Assembly: GCA_937139515.1 (NCBI GenBank)
Contig: CAKZQI010000174.1
Coordinates: forward strand, 1-48,260
Source: an uncultured Armatimonadetes bacterium
Lineage (GTDB): Bacteria > Armatimonadota > Fimbriimonadia > Fimbriimonadales > GBS-DC
Direction: 5' to 3'
DNA length: 48,260 nt
The position numbers were made by a program, and so were the translations under genes. Below, piece by piece: positions 8,606 through 18,000 of this stretch. Below the pieces are notes generated by a model. It was not told the origin of the DNA. It was given only the letters and a program-made list of their open reading frames with translations, and ran no database searches. Within the stretch, counting starts at the first letter, position 1; each line of letters starts with the position of its first letter.

Positions 8606-10066
8606 TCACCGCGGTATCCACTTCTGAGCGTTGCGCAAGCGTTGGAGAACTCTGCGCTTGCCCAGCACCTCGATCATCTCAAACAGGCTCGGACCAGTGG
8701 TGCGCCCGCTGAGCGCCACACGCACAGGGTGGATGACCTCCGCCGCCTTGACGCCCAGCCACTCTGCCACACCGCGTATCACCTGCTCAATCTGTTCGGT
8801 GTTGAACGGCTCCAGCGCCTCAAACCGTCGGATGAGCTCCTCCAACATCTGGGGGATGTGCGGTTCACTGTACCATTTGCGCACCGCCTTCTCGTCTATC
8901 TTGAGCTGGTCGGTGAAGAAGAAGTCGGTCAGGGCGACCACATCGGACAGCAGTTTCATCTTCTCCTGCTCCAGTGGGATGACCCGCTCGGCGTAGGTGC
9001 GCTGTTCGGGCGTCAACTCCTTCGGCAGTAGCCCCGCCTCTTGCAAGTAGGGGATAGTCAGCTCTATCAACCGCTCCTTCGGCAGTTCGCGTAGGTAGTG
9101 CCCGTTCATCCAGAGCAGTTTCTCGTGGTGGAACACGAACGGGTTATCCGAAACGCGCTCCAAGGAGAACTCGCGAATGATTTCCTCGCGGGTCAGGATT
9201 TCGCGGTCATCGCCGGGGTTCCAACCGCAGAGCGCCAAAAAGTTGAACATCGCTTCGGGGAGGTAGCCCTCACGAATGAACTCCACGAACTGCACTGCGC
9301 CGTGCCGTTTAGAGAGTTTCTGCTTGTCCGCGCCCAACAGCAGGGGCAGATGGGCAAACTGGGGAGTCTCCCAGCCCAGCGCCTTGTACAAGTTCAGGTG
9401 GCGGGGCATACTGGAAATCCACTCATCACCGCGTATCACATGGGTGATTTGCATCAGGTGGTCGTCCACCACATTCGCCAGGTGATAGGTGGGGAAGCCG
9501 TCCGACTTGAGCATCACGAAGTCATCGGTGAGGGCGTTGCGGAACTCGGTATGCCCGTGAATGAGGTCTTCGTAGCTCACCGTGCCCTCTAAGGGCATCG
9601 CAAAGCGTATCACATACGGCAGTCCGTCTGCCTCACGCGCCTTCACTTCGGCGGGGGTGAGCTTGCGACAGCGTCGGTCGTACATCGTCGCAGCGGCGCC
9701 CATCCGCTTCTGCTCGGCACGCATCTGGTCTAACTCTTCAGGCGTGCAGAAGCACTTGTAAGCTTTGCCCTGTTCTACTAGCTCGTGGGCGACTTTGCGA
9801 TAGATTTCCAACCGCTGGGACTGATGATAAGGCGCGTGCGGTCCCCCAACCTCGGGCCCCTCGTCCCAGTCAATCCCCAGCCAGCGGAGTGAGAACAAAA
9901 TGTCCTCTTCCGAACCGGGCACATAGCGGTTTTGGTCGGTGTCCTCAATGCGCACGATGAACTTGCCACCGTGATGGCGCGCAAAAACCCAGTTGAAAAG
10001 TGCAGTGCGAATGTTGCCCACATGGGGCGAACCGGTCGGGCTGGGGGCATAACGAACACGAACCAT
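8606..10066 (-). CDS. gltX: Glutamate--tRNA ligase
   Basis: Class I signature RYAPSPTGSPHVGNIRTALFNW (HIGH-type) and KLSKRHG (KMSKS-type), with full-length GluRS architecture. Confidence 0.95.
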   Translation of the reverse strand: MVRVRYAPSPTGSPHVGNIRTALFNWVFARHHGGKFIVRIEDTDQNRYVPGSEEDILFSLRWLGIDWDEGPEVGGPHAPYHQSQRLEIYRKVAHELVEQGKAYKCFCTPEELDQMRAEQKRMGAAATMYDRRCRKLTPAEVKAREADGLPYVIRFAMPLEGTVSYEDLIHGHTEFRNALTDDFVMLKSDGFPTYHLANVVDDHLMQITHVIRGDEWISSMPRHLNLYKALGWETPQFAHLPLLLGADKQKLSKRHGAVQFVEFIREGYLPEAMFNFLALCGWNPGDDREILTREEIIREFSLERVSDNPFVFHHEKLLWMNGHYLRELPKERLIELTIPYLQEAGLLPKELTPEQRTYAERVIPLEQEKMKLLSDVVALTDFFFTDQLKIDEKAVRKWYSEPHIPQMLEELIRRFEALEPFNTEQIEQVIRGVAEWLGVKAAEVIHPVRVALSGRTTGPSLFEMIEVLGKRRVLQRLRNAQKWIPR

Positions 10067-10084
10067 CAGTTTTCTCTTTCCTCC

Positions 10085-11308
10085 TTAGCGATGAGCGGGC
10101 GCAAGGTCTAATGCTCTCAATGCAGGTTCATAATGTTCTATCAGGTGGTGCACTAACTCGCGCAGGGCCATAGAGAGCTTGCTGGGTTGGTGGGGTACGG
10201 CGATTTGGCGGATAGCGTCCAGCGGGTGGCGCCTGCGCTCGGCGACGGCGCGCATCCACTCCTCGGCTTGCTCCACAGGCAGATGCACCTCGTAGCCGTT
10301 AATCTCAAGGAACGCCAGCACGGCAATCAGCGCAGTCTGAAGGTTGCCTTGTGCGAAGGGGCGGTACTTCAGGTAGCCCCAGAGGAAGCGTGCCGATTGC
10401 AAAATCACATCTCGGCTCTGGCGATAACTGTATTGATAGTAGGTCGCCTCTTCCAAGCGGTCGTAGGCGTAGGCTTGGGGTGCGCCCATCACTTCACTGT
10501 TAATCCAAATCAAATCTTGAAGGGTGAGGTAGCGCCATTCAGAGCTGGGTCCGGGCACAGGCTGGAGCGTCTCGCGCACGGTATCGGGCAGTTGGCTCAG
10601 GCGGACGAGCGAGCGTTCTTGAAGCGCCTGCTCTGCGGGCATCAGCGTCCCACGGTACAACGACACGAGCGCTTCTATCAGGTCAGCGAATGTGCGAGGG
10701 TCGGGAGCGTCGCTGATGTCGCCGAGCAGGTTGGCGAGGTTCGGGGCGCCTTCCGCCTCGCGAACCGCCTCCGCCAGTTGGATGGGGTCAGGCAAATTCT
10801 TAATCCCGTTCGCTTTGGCGAATGCCAACGCCACCATCAGCGCCGTGCTAAGGTTGTACTCACGGAAGGGCTGGAGCGCCACCAGTGCTTTCAGCAGGTC
10901 GTCGGTGCGTTGGGCGAGCGTGCGGTTCGGTTCGGCAAGTGCGCCCGCCAACATAGCACGCTCCAAGCGCTCTTCACTCGCATCGGAGGGGATGAGTGTG
11001 ATGCGCTCATACGCCAGCGCGACATCGCGCCAAGTGGGGTAGCGCAGGGTGAATGTTTGGGCGGAGGCGCGTGCGATGGGTTTGGTGTACTCGCTCAAGC
11101 TCTCCAGCAAGTTGTCGGCGCGCTGGGCACCACTCAGCGCACTGCCAATCGGGCTTTGTACCTCTGTATCAAGGGCGTTCCATCCTTCGCTCAGCATGCG
11201 TAGCGTATGTGCCAGCTCCGTCAGTGTCGGCTCTGGGGTTCCTTCTTTGAGCAGTGCCTCTCGCACCTGCGTCAGCCAACGGTTCAGCGCGTCAGTTGCC
11301 TGTTCCAT
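10085..11308 (-). CDS. Hypothetical protein with two degenerate Doc/Fic-like segments
   Basis: The C-terminal region YLTLQDLIWINSEV...LKYRPFAQGNLQTALIAVLAFLEINGYEV parallels Doc (HIFNDANKRTALNSALLFLRRNG). An earlier segment LQPFREYNLSTALMVALAFAKANGI repeats the pattern. The catalytic His and Lys/Arg are not conserved. Confidence 0.6.
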   Translation of the reverse strand: MEQATDALNRWLTQVREALLKEGTPEPTLTELAHTLRMLSEGWNALDTEVQSPIGSALSGAQRADNLLESLSEYTKPIARASAQTFTLRYPTWRDVALAYERITLIPSDASEERLERAMLAGALAEPNRTLAQRTDDLLKALVALQPFREYNLSTALMVALAFAKANGIKNLPDPIQLAEAVREAEGAPNLANLLGDISDAPDPRTFADLIEALVSLYRGTLMPAEQALQERSLVRLSQLPDTVRETLQPVPGPSSEWRYLTLQDLIWINSEVMGAPQAYAYDRLEEATYYQYSYRQSRDVILQSARFLWGYLKYRPFAQGNLQTALIAVLAFLEINGYEVHLPVEQAEEWMRAVAERRRHPLDAIRQIAVPHQPSKLSMALRELVHHLIEHYEPALRALDLAPAHR

Positions 11309-11426
11309 GCCCCAAGATTCTACCTCACGGCACAGATCGGTGTTCTGAGGGTATTTGAAAATAACTTTCTCAGCGAGACACTGCGCTCACGAGCGTCAGT
11401 TGAGTGCAAGGTCAACAGAGTACTTA

Positions 11427-12182
11427 TCACGACGGCGTCGGCTCAGCCGTCAGCTCCTGTTCCGACTCCTCCGTGAGGCGTAGGAACACCTCCTCCAGCG
11501 TGCTGTGTTCCATCTGGGCATACTGGCGCAGGCTCTCCAGGGTGCCTTCGGTTAGCACGCGCCCTTTGTGCATGATAATCACGCGGTCGCACAGGCGTTC
11601 GGCGGTGTCCAGCTGGTGCGTGCTGACCAAAATCGCACAGCCCTCATCGCGCAGGCGCATCAGGTCACTTTTGAGGGTGTACTGTCCTTTCGGGTCAATG
11701 CCCATCAGTGGTTCATCGCACAGGAACACCTTCGCATCGTGAACCAGCGCGCACATCACCGCCAGCTTCTGCTTCATCCCTTTGGAGAGCGTGCCCGCCA
11801 GCGTGTTCGCCTTGTCCTTGAGTTCGTAGCGTTCCAGCAGTTGCTGGGCGCGCTCTTCGTAGAGGTTGAGCGTGCCGTAGCACATCGCAATCAGCTTCAT
11901 ATGCTCGCGCACGGTGAGCAGTTCGTAGGGGTTGGGCAGTTCGGGGATGAACGCCAGCAGGCGTTTGGCGGAGGTCTCGTCGCGGGCGAGGTCATATTCG
12001 CCCACCTGAATGCGCCCCGAATCGGGTTTCAGAATGCCCGTGATACAGCGCAGGGTGGTCGTCTTGCCCGCACCGTTGGGACCCAACAGCCCCACGATTT
12101 CACCAGGTTCCACGCGGAAGCTAACCCCATCCACCGCGCGGAACCCCTTGAACGACTTGACCAAGTTCTCAATAATCAGCAT
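11427..12182 (-). CDS. ABC transporter ATP-binding protein (ABC-2 exporter type)
   Basis: Walker A GPNGAGKTT, signature LSKGMKQKL, Walker B VFLCDEP, H-loop STHQL. The ATG overlaps the upstream stop codon (TAATG). Confidence 0.9.
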   Translation of the reverse strand: MLIIENLVKSFKGFRAVDGVSFRVEPGEIVGLLGPNGAGKTTTLRCITGILKPDSGRIQVGEYDLARDETSAKRLLAFIPELPNPYELLTVREHMKLIAMCYGTLNLYEERAQQLLERYELKDKANTLAGTLSKGMKQKLAVMCALVHDAKVFLCDEPLMGIDPKGQYTLKSDLMRLRDEGCAILVSTHQLDTAERLCDRVIIMHKGRVLTEGTLESLRQYAQMEHSTLEEVFLRLTEESEQELTAEPTPS

Positions 12183-12910
12183 TACTGTTTCGGCTTACGG
12201 AAAATAGAATCATTTACAGGTACATTATGCTTTACTTCGGTCAGTCGGACAACTGCCTCGATGCCCGCTGCCACTTGGCGTGTAGTGAACGGGTAGAGGA
12301 TTCCATCGATTTGGCGATAGTCCGAAAAGTACATCGTGGCGGGCAGACTTCCCTGCTGGGTGGCAACCACAGTATCGATTCGCAGGAGTCTGAAGTTCTG
12401 GGTGTCGATGTAGAACTTCGTTTCGCCCCCCGTAATGTCTCTCGCTTGGATGACATGCGCGTTCCGATTCTCCACCTTTGCAGTGCCCGCAGTGCGCGGG
12501 TTGCGGAGCAGTCGGCGCCAGTCGTAGTTGGCGGTCGGGTCGGAGTTCATGCGCATCTGGAGCAGTTCGGCGCCTTTCAGTTCGCGCAGCCCCGTCAGCG
12601 GGCTTTTCTCCCAGCCGACCTTGCCGTCGTAGCCCTGTGTAATCTCACCGATACCTTGAATGTTTATCTTGACCGCAACCAGACTCGGCTTCTTGAAGTG
12701 AATCTCCAAAGTACCCTGCATATTCATCGTGGGGTAGGACACCGTGCCTCGCAAGCGAATGGTGCGTATCTTCGCTATCGCCTGTTTGCTCTGAGACACT
12801 TGGGTCATTCGGTCTAAGATTTGCTCGGCGGTCATTTTGCGTTGGGCGGTCAAATCGATTGTCATTAGGCTCAGCGCCATCAACCCCAAAATCGGCAGTC
12901 TCCACTTCAT
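12182..12910 (-). CDS. LolA-fold / outer-membrane lipoprotein-sorting-like secreted protein
   Basis: Signal peptide KWRLPILGLMALSLMTIDLTAQ. Beta-rich sequence typical of LolA-like proteins (IRLRGTVSYP..MQGTLEIHFKKPS...GYDGKVGWEKSP). ATG at 12910 follows a gaggtg SD; the ORF track's GTG at 12919 lies within that SD. Confidence 0.55.
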   Translation of the reverse strand: MKWRLPILGLMALSLMTIDLTAQRKMTAEQILDRMTQVSQSKQAIAKIRTIRLRGTVSYPTMNMQGTLEIHFKKPSLVAVKINIQGIGEITQGYDGKVGWEKSPLTGLRELKGAELLQMRMNSDPTANYDWRRLLRNPRTAGTAKVENRNAHVIQARDITGGETKFYIDTQNFRLLRIDTVVATQQGSLPATMYFSDYRQIDGILYPFTTRQVAAGIEAVVRLTEVKHNVPVNDSIFRKPKQ

Positions 12911-12959
12911 CGTTTGCACCTCGGGTAGATTGTACCCGACAGGGGTATACTACCCGCCG

Positions 12960-14006
12960 ATGAGCCAGATATTAGACCGAGTGATGGAGCAGGCGATTGC
13001 TGAGAAAGTGTTCCCCAGTGCAGTGTGTGCGGTGTTGATGGGCGGGCGCGTACGGTTTCAAGGGGCGTGGGGTAAGCCGAACCCCGAAGCCGACACCTCT
13101 GCCAGCGCTACCACGCTCTATGACCTTGCCTCGCTCACCAAGCCGATAGCGACCACCACGCTCGCGCTGATTGCGCTTGAGGAGGGCTTGCTGAGCCTTG
13201 AGACGCTCATCACGCGCTTTTTCCCGCAAGCCCAGCACTTCAAGGGCGTCACGGTACGCCACCTGCTGACCCACACTTCGGGTTTGCCCGCTTGGCGTCC
13301 TTATTATCGTCAAGCGAAAGGGCACGATGCGGTTATTCAGGCGGTGTTGGAGACCCCACTCATTCGCCAGCCGGGCGCGGGCTACACCTACAGCGATGCG
13401 GGCTACATCTTGATGGGCGCGATTTTGGAGAAGGTTTACGAGCGCACTCAATCCGACCTGTTCCACGAGAAAATCGCCGTACCGCTCGGACTCCAGCACA
13501 CCACTTACAACCCGCCTGTGGAGTGGCGCGACCAGATTGCCCCCACAGGTCACTCCGAATCGCGTGAAGGGGAGATGCTCATCGGTCAAGTGCATGATGA
13601 GAACGCCCACGCAATGGACGGCTTTGCGGGGCACGCGGGGCTGTTCGGCACGCTGGACGACCTCATCCGATTTGTGCGAATGGTGCTGGCGGGCGGGCGA
13701 CCGTTGCTCTCCTACTACAGTGTGCAGGCATTCTTGACGCCCAACGCTGTTGGGACTGGGCAACCACAACACACGCTGGGGCTGTTCGCTCATCCCAACA
13801 CGCTCCTGCCTCGTGGCGACCTGTTTCCCACGCGCTGTGTAGGGCACTCAGGCTTCACGGGCACGGTGATGCTGTTTGACCCCCAAGTGGAGATGGGGCT
13901 AATCCTGCTCACGAACCATGTCTACTACGGACGTGAAAAGGAGGAGTATTTAGAGTATCGCCGTCGCATCCTGAATGTGCTGGCGGGACAGATTGGCGAA
14001 GTTTAG
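12960..14006 (+). CDS. Serine hydrolase, beta-lactamase (class C / PBP4*-like) family
   Basis: SxxK motif ASLTKP, YSDAGY (Y-x-N position) and HSGFTG (KTG position). ATG at 12960 is chosen because the longer ORF (12837) overlaps the divergent upstream gene. Confidence 0.8.
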   Translation: MSQILDRVMEQAIAEKVFPSAVCAVLMGGRVRFQGAWGKPNPEADTSASATTLYDLASLTKPIATTTLALIALEEGLLSLETLITRFFPQAQHFKGVTVRHLLTHTSGLPAWRPYYRQAKGHDAVIQAVLETPLIRQPGAGYTYSDAGYILMGAILEKVYERTQSDLFHEKIAVPLGLQHTTYNPPVEWRDQIAPTGHSESREGEMLIGQVHDENAHAMDGFAGHAGLFGTLDDLIRFVRMVLAGGRPLLSYYSVQAFLTPNAVGTGQPQHTLGLFAHPNTLLPRGDLFPTRCVGHSGFTGTVMLFDPQVEMGLILLTNHVYYGREKEEYLEYRRRILNVLAGQIGEV

Positions 14007-14072
14007 ACGCTTGTGAGCTACACAAGCAGGAATCGGCGCTGAGCGAGCCTATCTATAGGCAGGTGGTGAACC

Positions 14073-15083
14073 ATGTACCGTGCCAAAGCAACCGAACGCC
14101 CTGACCGCTATCGGGTGAAGGTGGATGAGTATATTTTCTATCGGCGCAACGGCTACCTGATTGTGCGCAACTTGCTGGCGCCTGACGAAGTGGACGAACT
14201 GCTCACTTTCGCCAGCGACCTACTGTATGGGCGTGAGCTCCTGCCTGGAATGGAGCCTCCCCCTGCCGATGCGACTGAGGAGCAGCTCTTCTCGCGCTTC
14301 AGCCGTATCCATATGCTCCATCGGGTGCATCCGATTGCCGAGCGCTATTTGCTTCATCCGCGCGTGTTGGATGTGCTGGAAGCGCTCATCGGACCCGATG
14401 TGCTGGCACTCCAGACGATGCTGTTTTTGAACCCGCCGGGCAAGGGCGGTCAGGGTTGGCATCAAGACGCCTACTACATCAGCACCTATCCTGACACCCT
14501 GATCGGGGCGTGGATTGCGCTCGACCGCGCCGACGAGCAGAACGGCTGCCTCTGGGTGGTGCCCGGTTCCCACTGCGAGCCAATCTACCCACCTCACGGT
14601 CTGCGCGGGATTATCCACGCCGACGGTGCGTTTGAAGACCTGCACGAGGTGGAGCATGTGAGCCACTTGGACGACGAGGTCAACACGCTCTCGCAGGTGG
14701 TGCGCAAGTATCCGCCAGCCATCCCTGTGGTGTTGGAGCCGGGCGATGTGGTGTTCTTTGAGGGGCATCTGCTCCATCGCTCGTATCCCAACCGCACCGC
14801 TGACCGCTTCCGCCGTGCGTTCGTGAGCCATTATTGCAACGCGCGTTCGTGGGTGCCTTGGAACCACGGGATGCCCTACGAGGGCGACTGTGCGAACGCT
14901 GAGCATATCTTGGCGCGTGGGCGCACGCACATGCCGTACGCACTGCCTGCTTTTGGCACGCTCTGCGCTGCCTTAGACGCTCAGCAGGAGCCTGCCAATA
15001 CCCCTGCTGAACCGACGCGCATGATGGGCATGGGCGACGAGATGATGGTCGTGGAGCAGGTGTTCACCGACGCCAAGCGTTAG
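14073..15083 (+). CDS. Phytanoyl-CoA dioxygenase (PhyH) family Fe(II)/2-oxoglutarate oxygenase
   Basis: HxD facial triad in GWHQDAYY, distal His in GHLLHRSYPNRT, and Arg in RRAF. aggtgg SD before the ATG. Confidence 0.8.
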   Translation: MYRAKATERPDRYRVKVDEYIFYRRNGYLIVRNLLAPDEVDELLTFASDLLYGRELLPGMEPPPADATEEQLFSRFSRIHMLHRVHPIAERYLLHPRVLDVLEALIGPDVLALQTMLFLNPPGKGGQGWHQDAYYISTYPDTLIGAWIALDRADEQNGCLWVVPGSHCEPIYPPHGLRGIIHADGAFEDLHEVEHVSHLDDEVNTLSQVVRKYPPAIPVVLEPGDVVFFEGHLLHRSYPNRTADRFRRAFVSHYCNARSWVPWNHGMPYEGDCANAEHILARGRTHMPYALPAFGTLCAALDAQQEPANTPAEPTRMMGMGDEMMVVEQVFTDAKR

Positions 15084-18000
15084 GGGCGTACCCCCGACTC
15101 GCTCTCGCTGACCACCACCGCGTGTGAGAGGTCTTCTGTGCCGTTGGCAATCGTACCGTTCAGGCGGGGCACATAGGGCACCACGCGCGTCACGCCCCCT
15201 GTCATCGAGATGCCCAGCCACTCATGCGCCACGGCACTGGTGATGGGGTTGTGGGTCACGATAAGTATCTGAGAATGCTGAGCCATCTCCTTGAGGTGGT
15301 CAGCGAACCGTTGGACATTGCGCCCGTCCAGCGCAGCGTCCACCTCGTCCAAAATCAAGATTGGCGTCGGGCGCACATCGGAGAAGGCGAAGAGCAAGGC
15401 GAGGGCGGTCAGGGCGCGCTCGCCCCCCGAAAGCAGTTCCAGACGCTGACGGCGCTTGCCACGCGGTTGCGCCTCCACCAGCACCCCCGCCGAGAGCGGG
15501 TCGCGCTCGTTGTCCAACAGCAGGTCTGCCGAACCGCCTTCAAACAGGCGCGTGAAGCGCTCTTGGAACGCCATACGCACCGCCTGATAGGTCTCCAAGA
15601 ACTTCTCGCGGGCGCGCTGGTCGATCTCGTGCAGGTTGCGCTCGAGCTGTTGGCAGGTGGTGAGGAGGTCGCATTGTTGGCGCTGGAGCGATTCGTAGCG
15701 TTCGGTGAGCCGTGCGTACTCGTCGGTGGCACCGAGGTTCACCTCGCCCATCTCGTTCAGCGCACGCCGGAGTTTCTCCATCTCAGACCGTGCGACGGGC
15801 GGGCGTTCGGGTAGGGGGGCAGTCGGTTCAGGTAGGGGTTCATCGGGGCATAGGCGCGCCCACGACTCTTGTAAGTCCACCAGCCGAACCTCCATCCGCG
15901 CCAGTTGGAGTTCCACCGTGCGCTCACGCTCCACGATGGTCTGAAGCTCGGCGCGCTGGGCACGGATGCGGTCGGTGATTTGGAAGCTCTGTTCCAGCAG
16001 GGTTTGGCGTTGGGCGCGTTTCTGTTCCAGTTGCAGGCGTGTGGCTTCGGCGCGCGCTTGGGTCTGTTCCAGCTCGGCTTGGAGCGCTTGGCGTTGTTGG
16101 ACAATCTGGGCGCACTCGGCTTCAATGGTGCGCATGCGCTCCTGCAGGGCACTTCGGCGCGACTGCACTTGACGGAGCTGGTTGCGCTCGTGCTGGAGAC
16201 GCCCTTGAAGCGTGTGTGCCTCACGCCGAGCCTGCTCATCCCGACTTTTCAGGTCAGAGAGTCTCTGAAGCCCCGATTGGTGCGCCTCTTCGGTGGCGCT
16301 CAGCTCGGCTTGGAGGGGTTCGGGGTTGGGCACTTCGGATTGCAGGGTGTGGGTGAGCCGTTCGTGTTCGGCGTGTAGGTGCACCAGTTGGTGTTGCAGT
16401 TGTTGCAGTTCGCGTTCGCACAGGCGACGCTCATTCTCGGCGTGGATGCGCGCTTGGGTCGCTTCTTGCAGGCGCGTGCGTGCGGTTTCCAGCGCTTGCA
16501 GATGTCGTTGGTAGGCTTGGTGCGCTTGTTCCAGTGCTTGCTCGGCTTGGGCGACGGTTTCTTGTGCCTGCTGAGCCTGCTGGCGGGCGTGGTCTAACTC
16601 GGCGCGCAGTTTGAGCAAGCTACTGCGCTCGTGTTTGGATTCGCCCCCTGTGATGGCGCCTGACACCTGTACCAGTTCGCCCCCTAAGGTGACGAATCGG
16701 CTGTAGGGGATAGGCTTGCCTGTGCGTCGCAAAGCTCGGAGCAGTTGCACCGCGTCCTCCAAGTTCTGCACGACCAGCACGCGTCCCAGTAGGTGATGCA
16801 CCACGGGCAGATAGCGCGCTTCAGTTTGAATCAGGTCGCTGGCGAGTCCGATGATACCGTAGCGATCGGCCTCACCCCCTTGCTCCCTCTCCGTAAACGG
16901 AGCGGGGGAATGCGCTGGTTCTTCCCCCTCTCTGCTTGCGGAGAGGGGGGCTGGGGGGGAGAGGTTTTCTGAGTTTGCCCTCACCCTTTGCCCCTCTCCC
17001 GACGCTGCGGGAGAGGGGAGTCGTTGGCTCCCTCCCTCTCCCGACGCTGCGGGAGAGGGAGGGCTGGGGTGGGTGAGGGCTAAAACAGACTTCAACAAAT
17101 CCAACGGCAAGAAGGTGAGCCGACCCGACTGCGTGCGCTTGAGCCACTCGACGCCGGCGTTGGCGTCCTTCTCGGTAGGCGTAATTAGCTCGTTCACGGC
17201 GCCACCCAAGGCGGCGCTGATTGCCTTCTGGAAAGGCTCTGGCACACTCAGCACCGCGCCCACAGGTATGAACTCGCCCTGCACCTCACCGCGCTGGACG
17301 GCTTGCAGGAGCGCCCGCACGGGTGGTATTGCGCCCTCCCCTGAGAGCAAGCTCGCCTCCAGCCCCTTCACGCGTGCTATCAGCGTCTCATATCGGCGCA
17401 CCGCTTCCTGAAGCGTGCGTTGCGATTGCTGGTGCTGGCGTTCGCTCTCGCGTGCTAATGCTTGCGCCTGCTCCAGTGCGGTTCGGGCGTGTGCCACCTG
17501 TTGGTGCGCCTCTTCAAAACGGCTCTGAGCGCTCTCCAGTTGGGCTTGAAGCGCCTCCAGTTGGCTTTGATACTCTGTCATCTGTTGCTGGAGCGTTTCC
17601 ACACGCTGGAGGTTCTGGGCATGCTCAGCTTGGCGCCACAGCGCCGATTGGTACGCTCGGTTCAGCTCGGCGCGCTTCTGGGCGAGCCTGTCCACCTCCG
17701 CCTGCGCCTGCTGAATTTGGGGCAGTCGTTGTTCGGTCTCGGCATTCAGGGCTTGGTATGCCGTTTCTAACTCATGCAGGGTGGCTTGGATGGCTACCTC
17801 ACGCTCGGTGAGGTTGGTTTGTTCGTCGCTAAGCGTCTGGCTCAGCTCGTGCAGGGTGCGTTCCCGCTCGTTGAGGGCGGACAGTTGCCCCGTGATGCGC
17901 TCTTCGCTACTCAGAAGCGCCTGCAACACCGAGCGCAGGGTGTCCATCTCCGACTCGAGGGCGCCAATCTGCGTGCCGTACTGGTCGGACTGGCGTTCTA

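Noticed and set aside
12837-12959. Longer starts in the ORF track for the serine hydrolase (12837), the MFS transporter (22101) and the PEP-CTERM protein (31156).
   Set aside because: Each extension overlaps a divergent neighbouring gene or lacks an RBS. Internal starts at 12960, 22269 and 31126 give sensible N-termini; 31126 has a strong AAAGGAGG SD and a signal peptide.
16870-17080. The insert in smc could be an intein or a sequencing or assembly artefact.
   Set aside because: It has no intein splicing blocks (no Cys/Ser at the N-junction, no HN-C/S/T at the C-junction). The sequence is made of the genome's own hairpin modules and stays in frame. An assembly artefact cannot be excluded without reads, so it is reported as a finding with that caveat.
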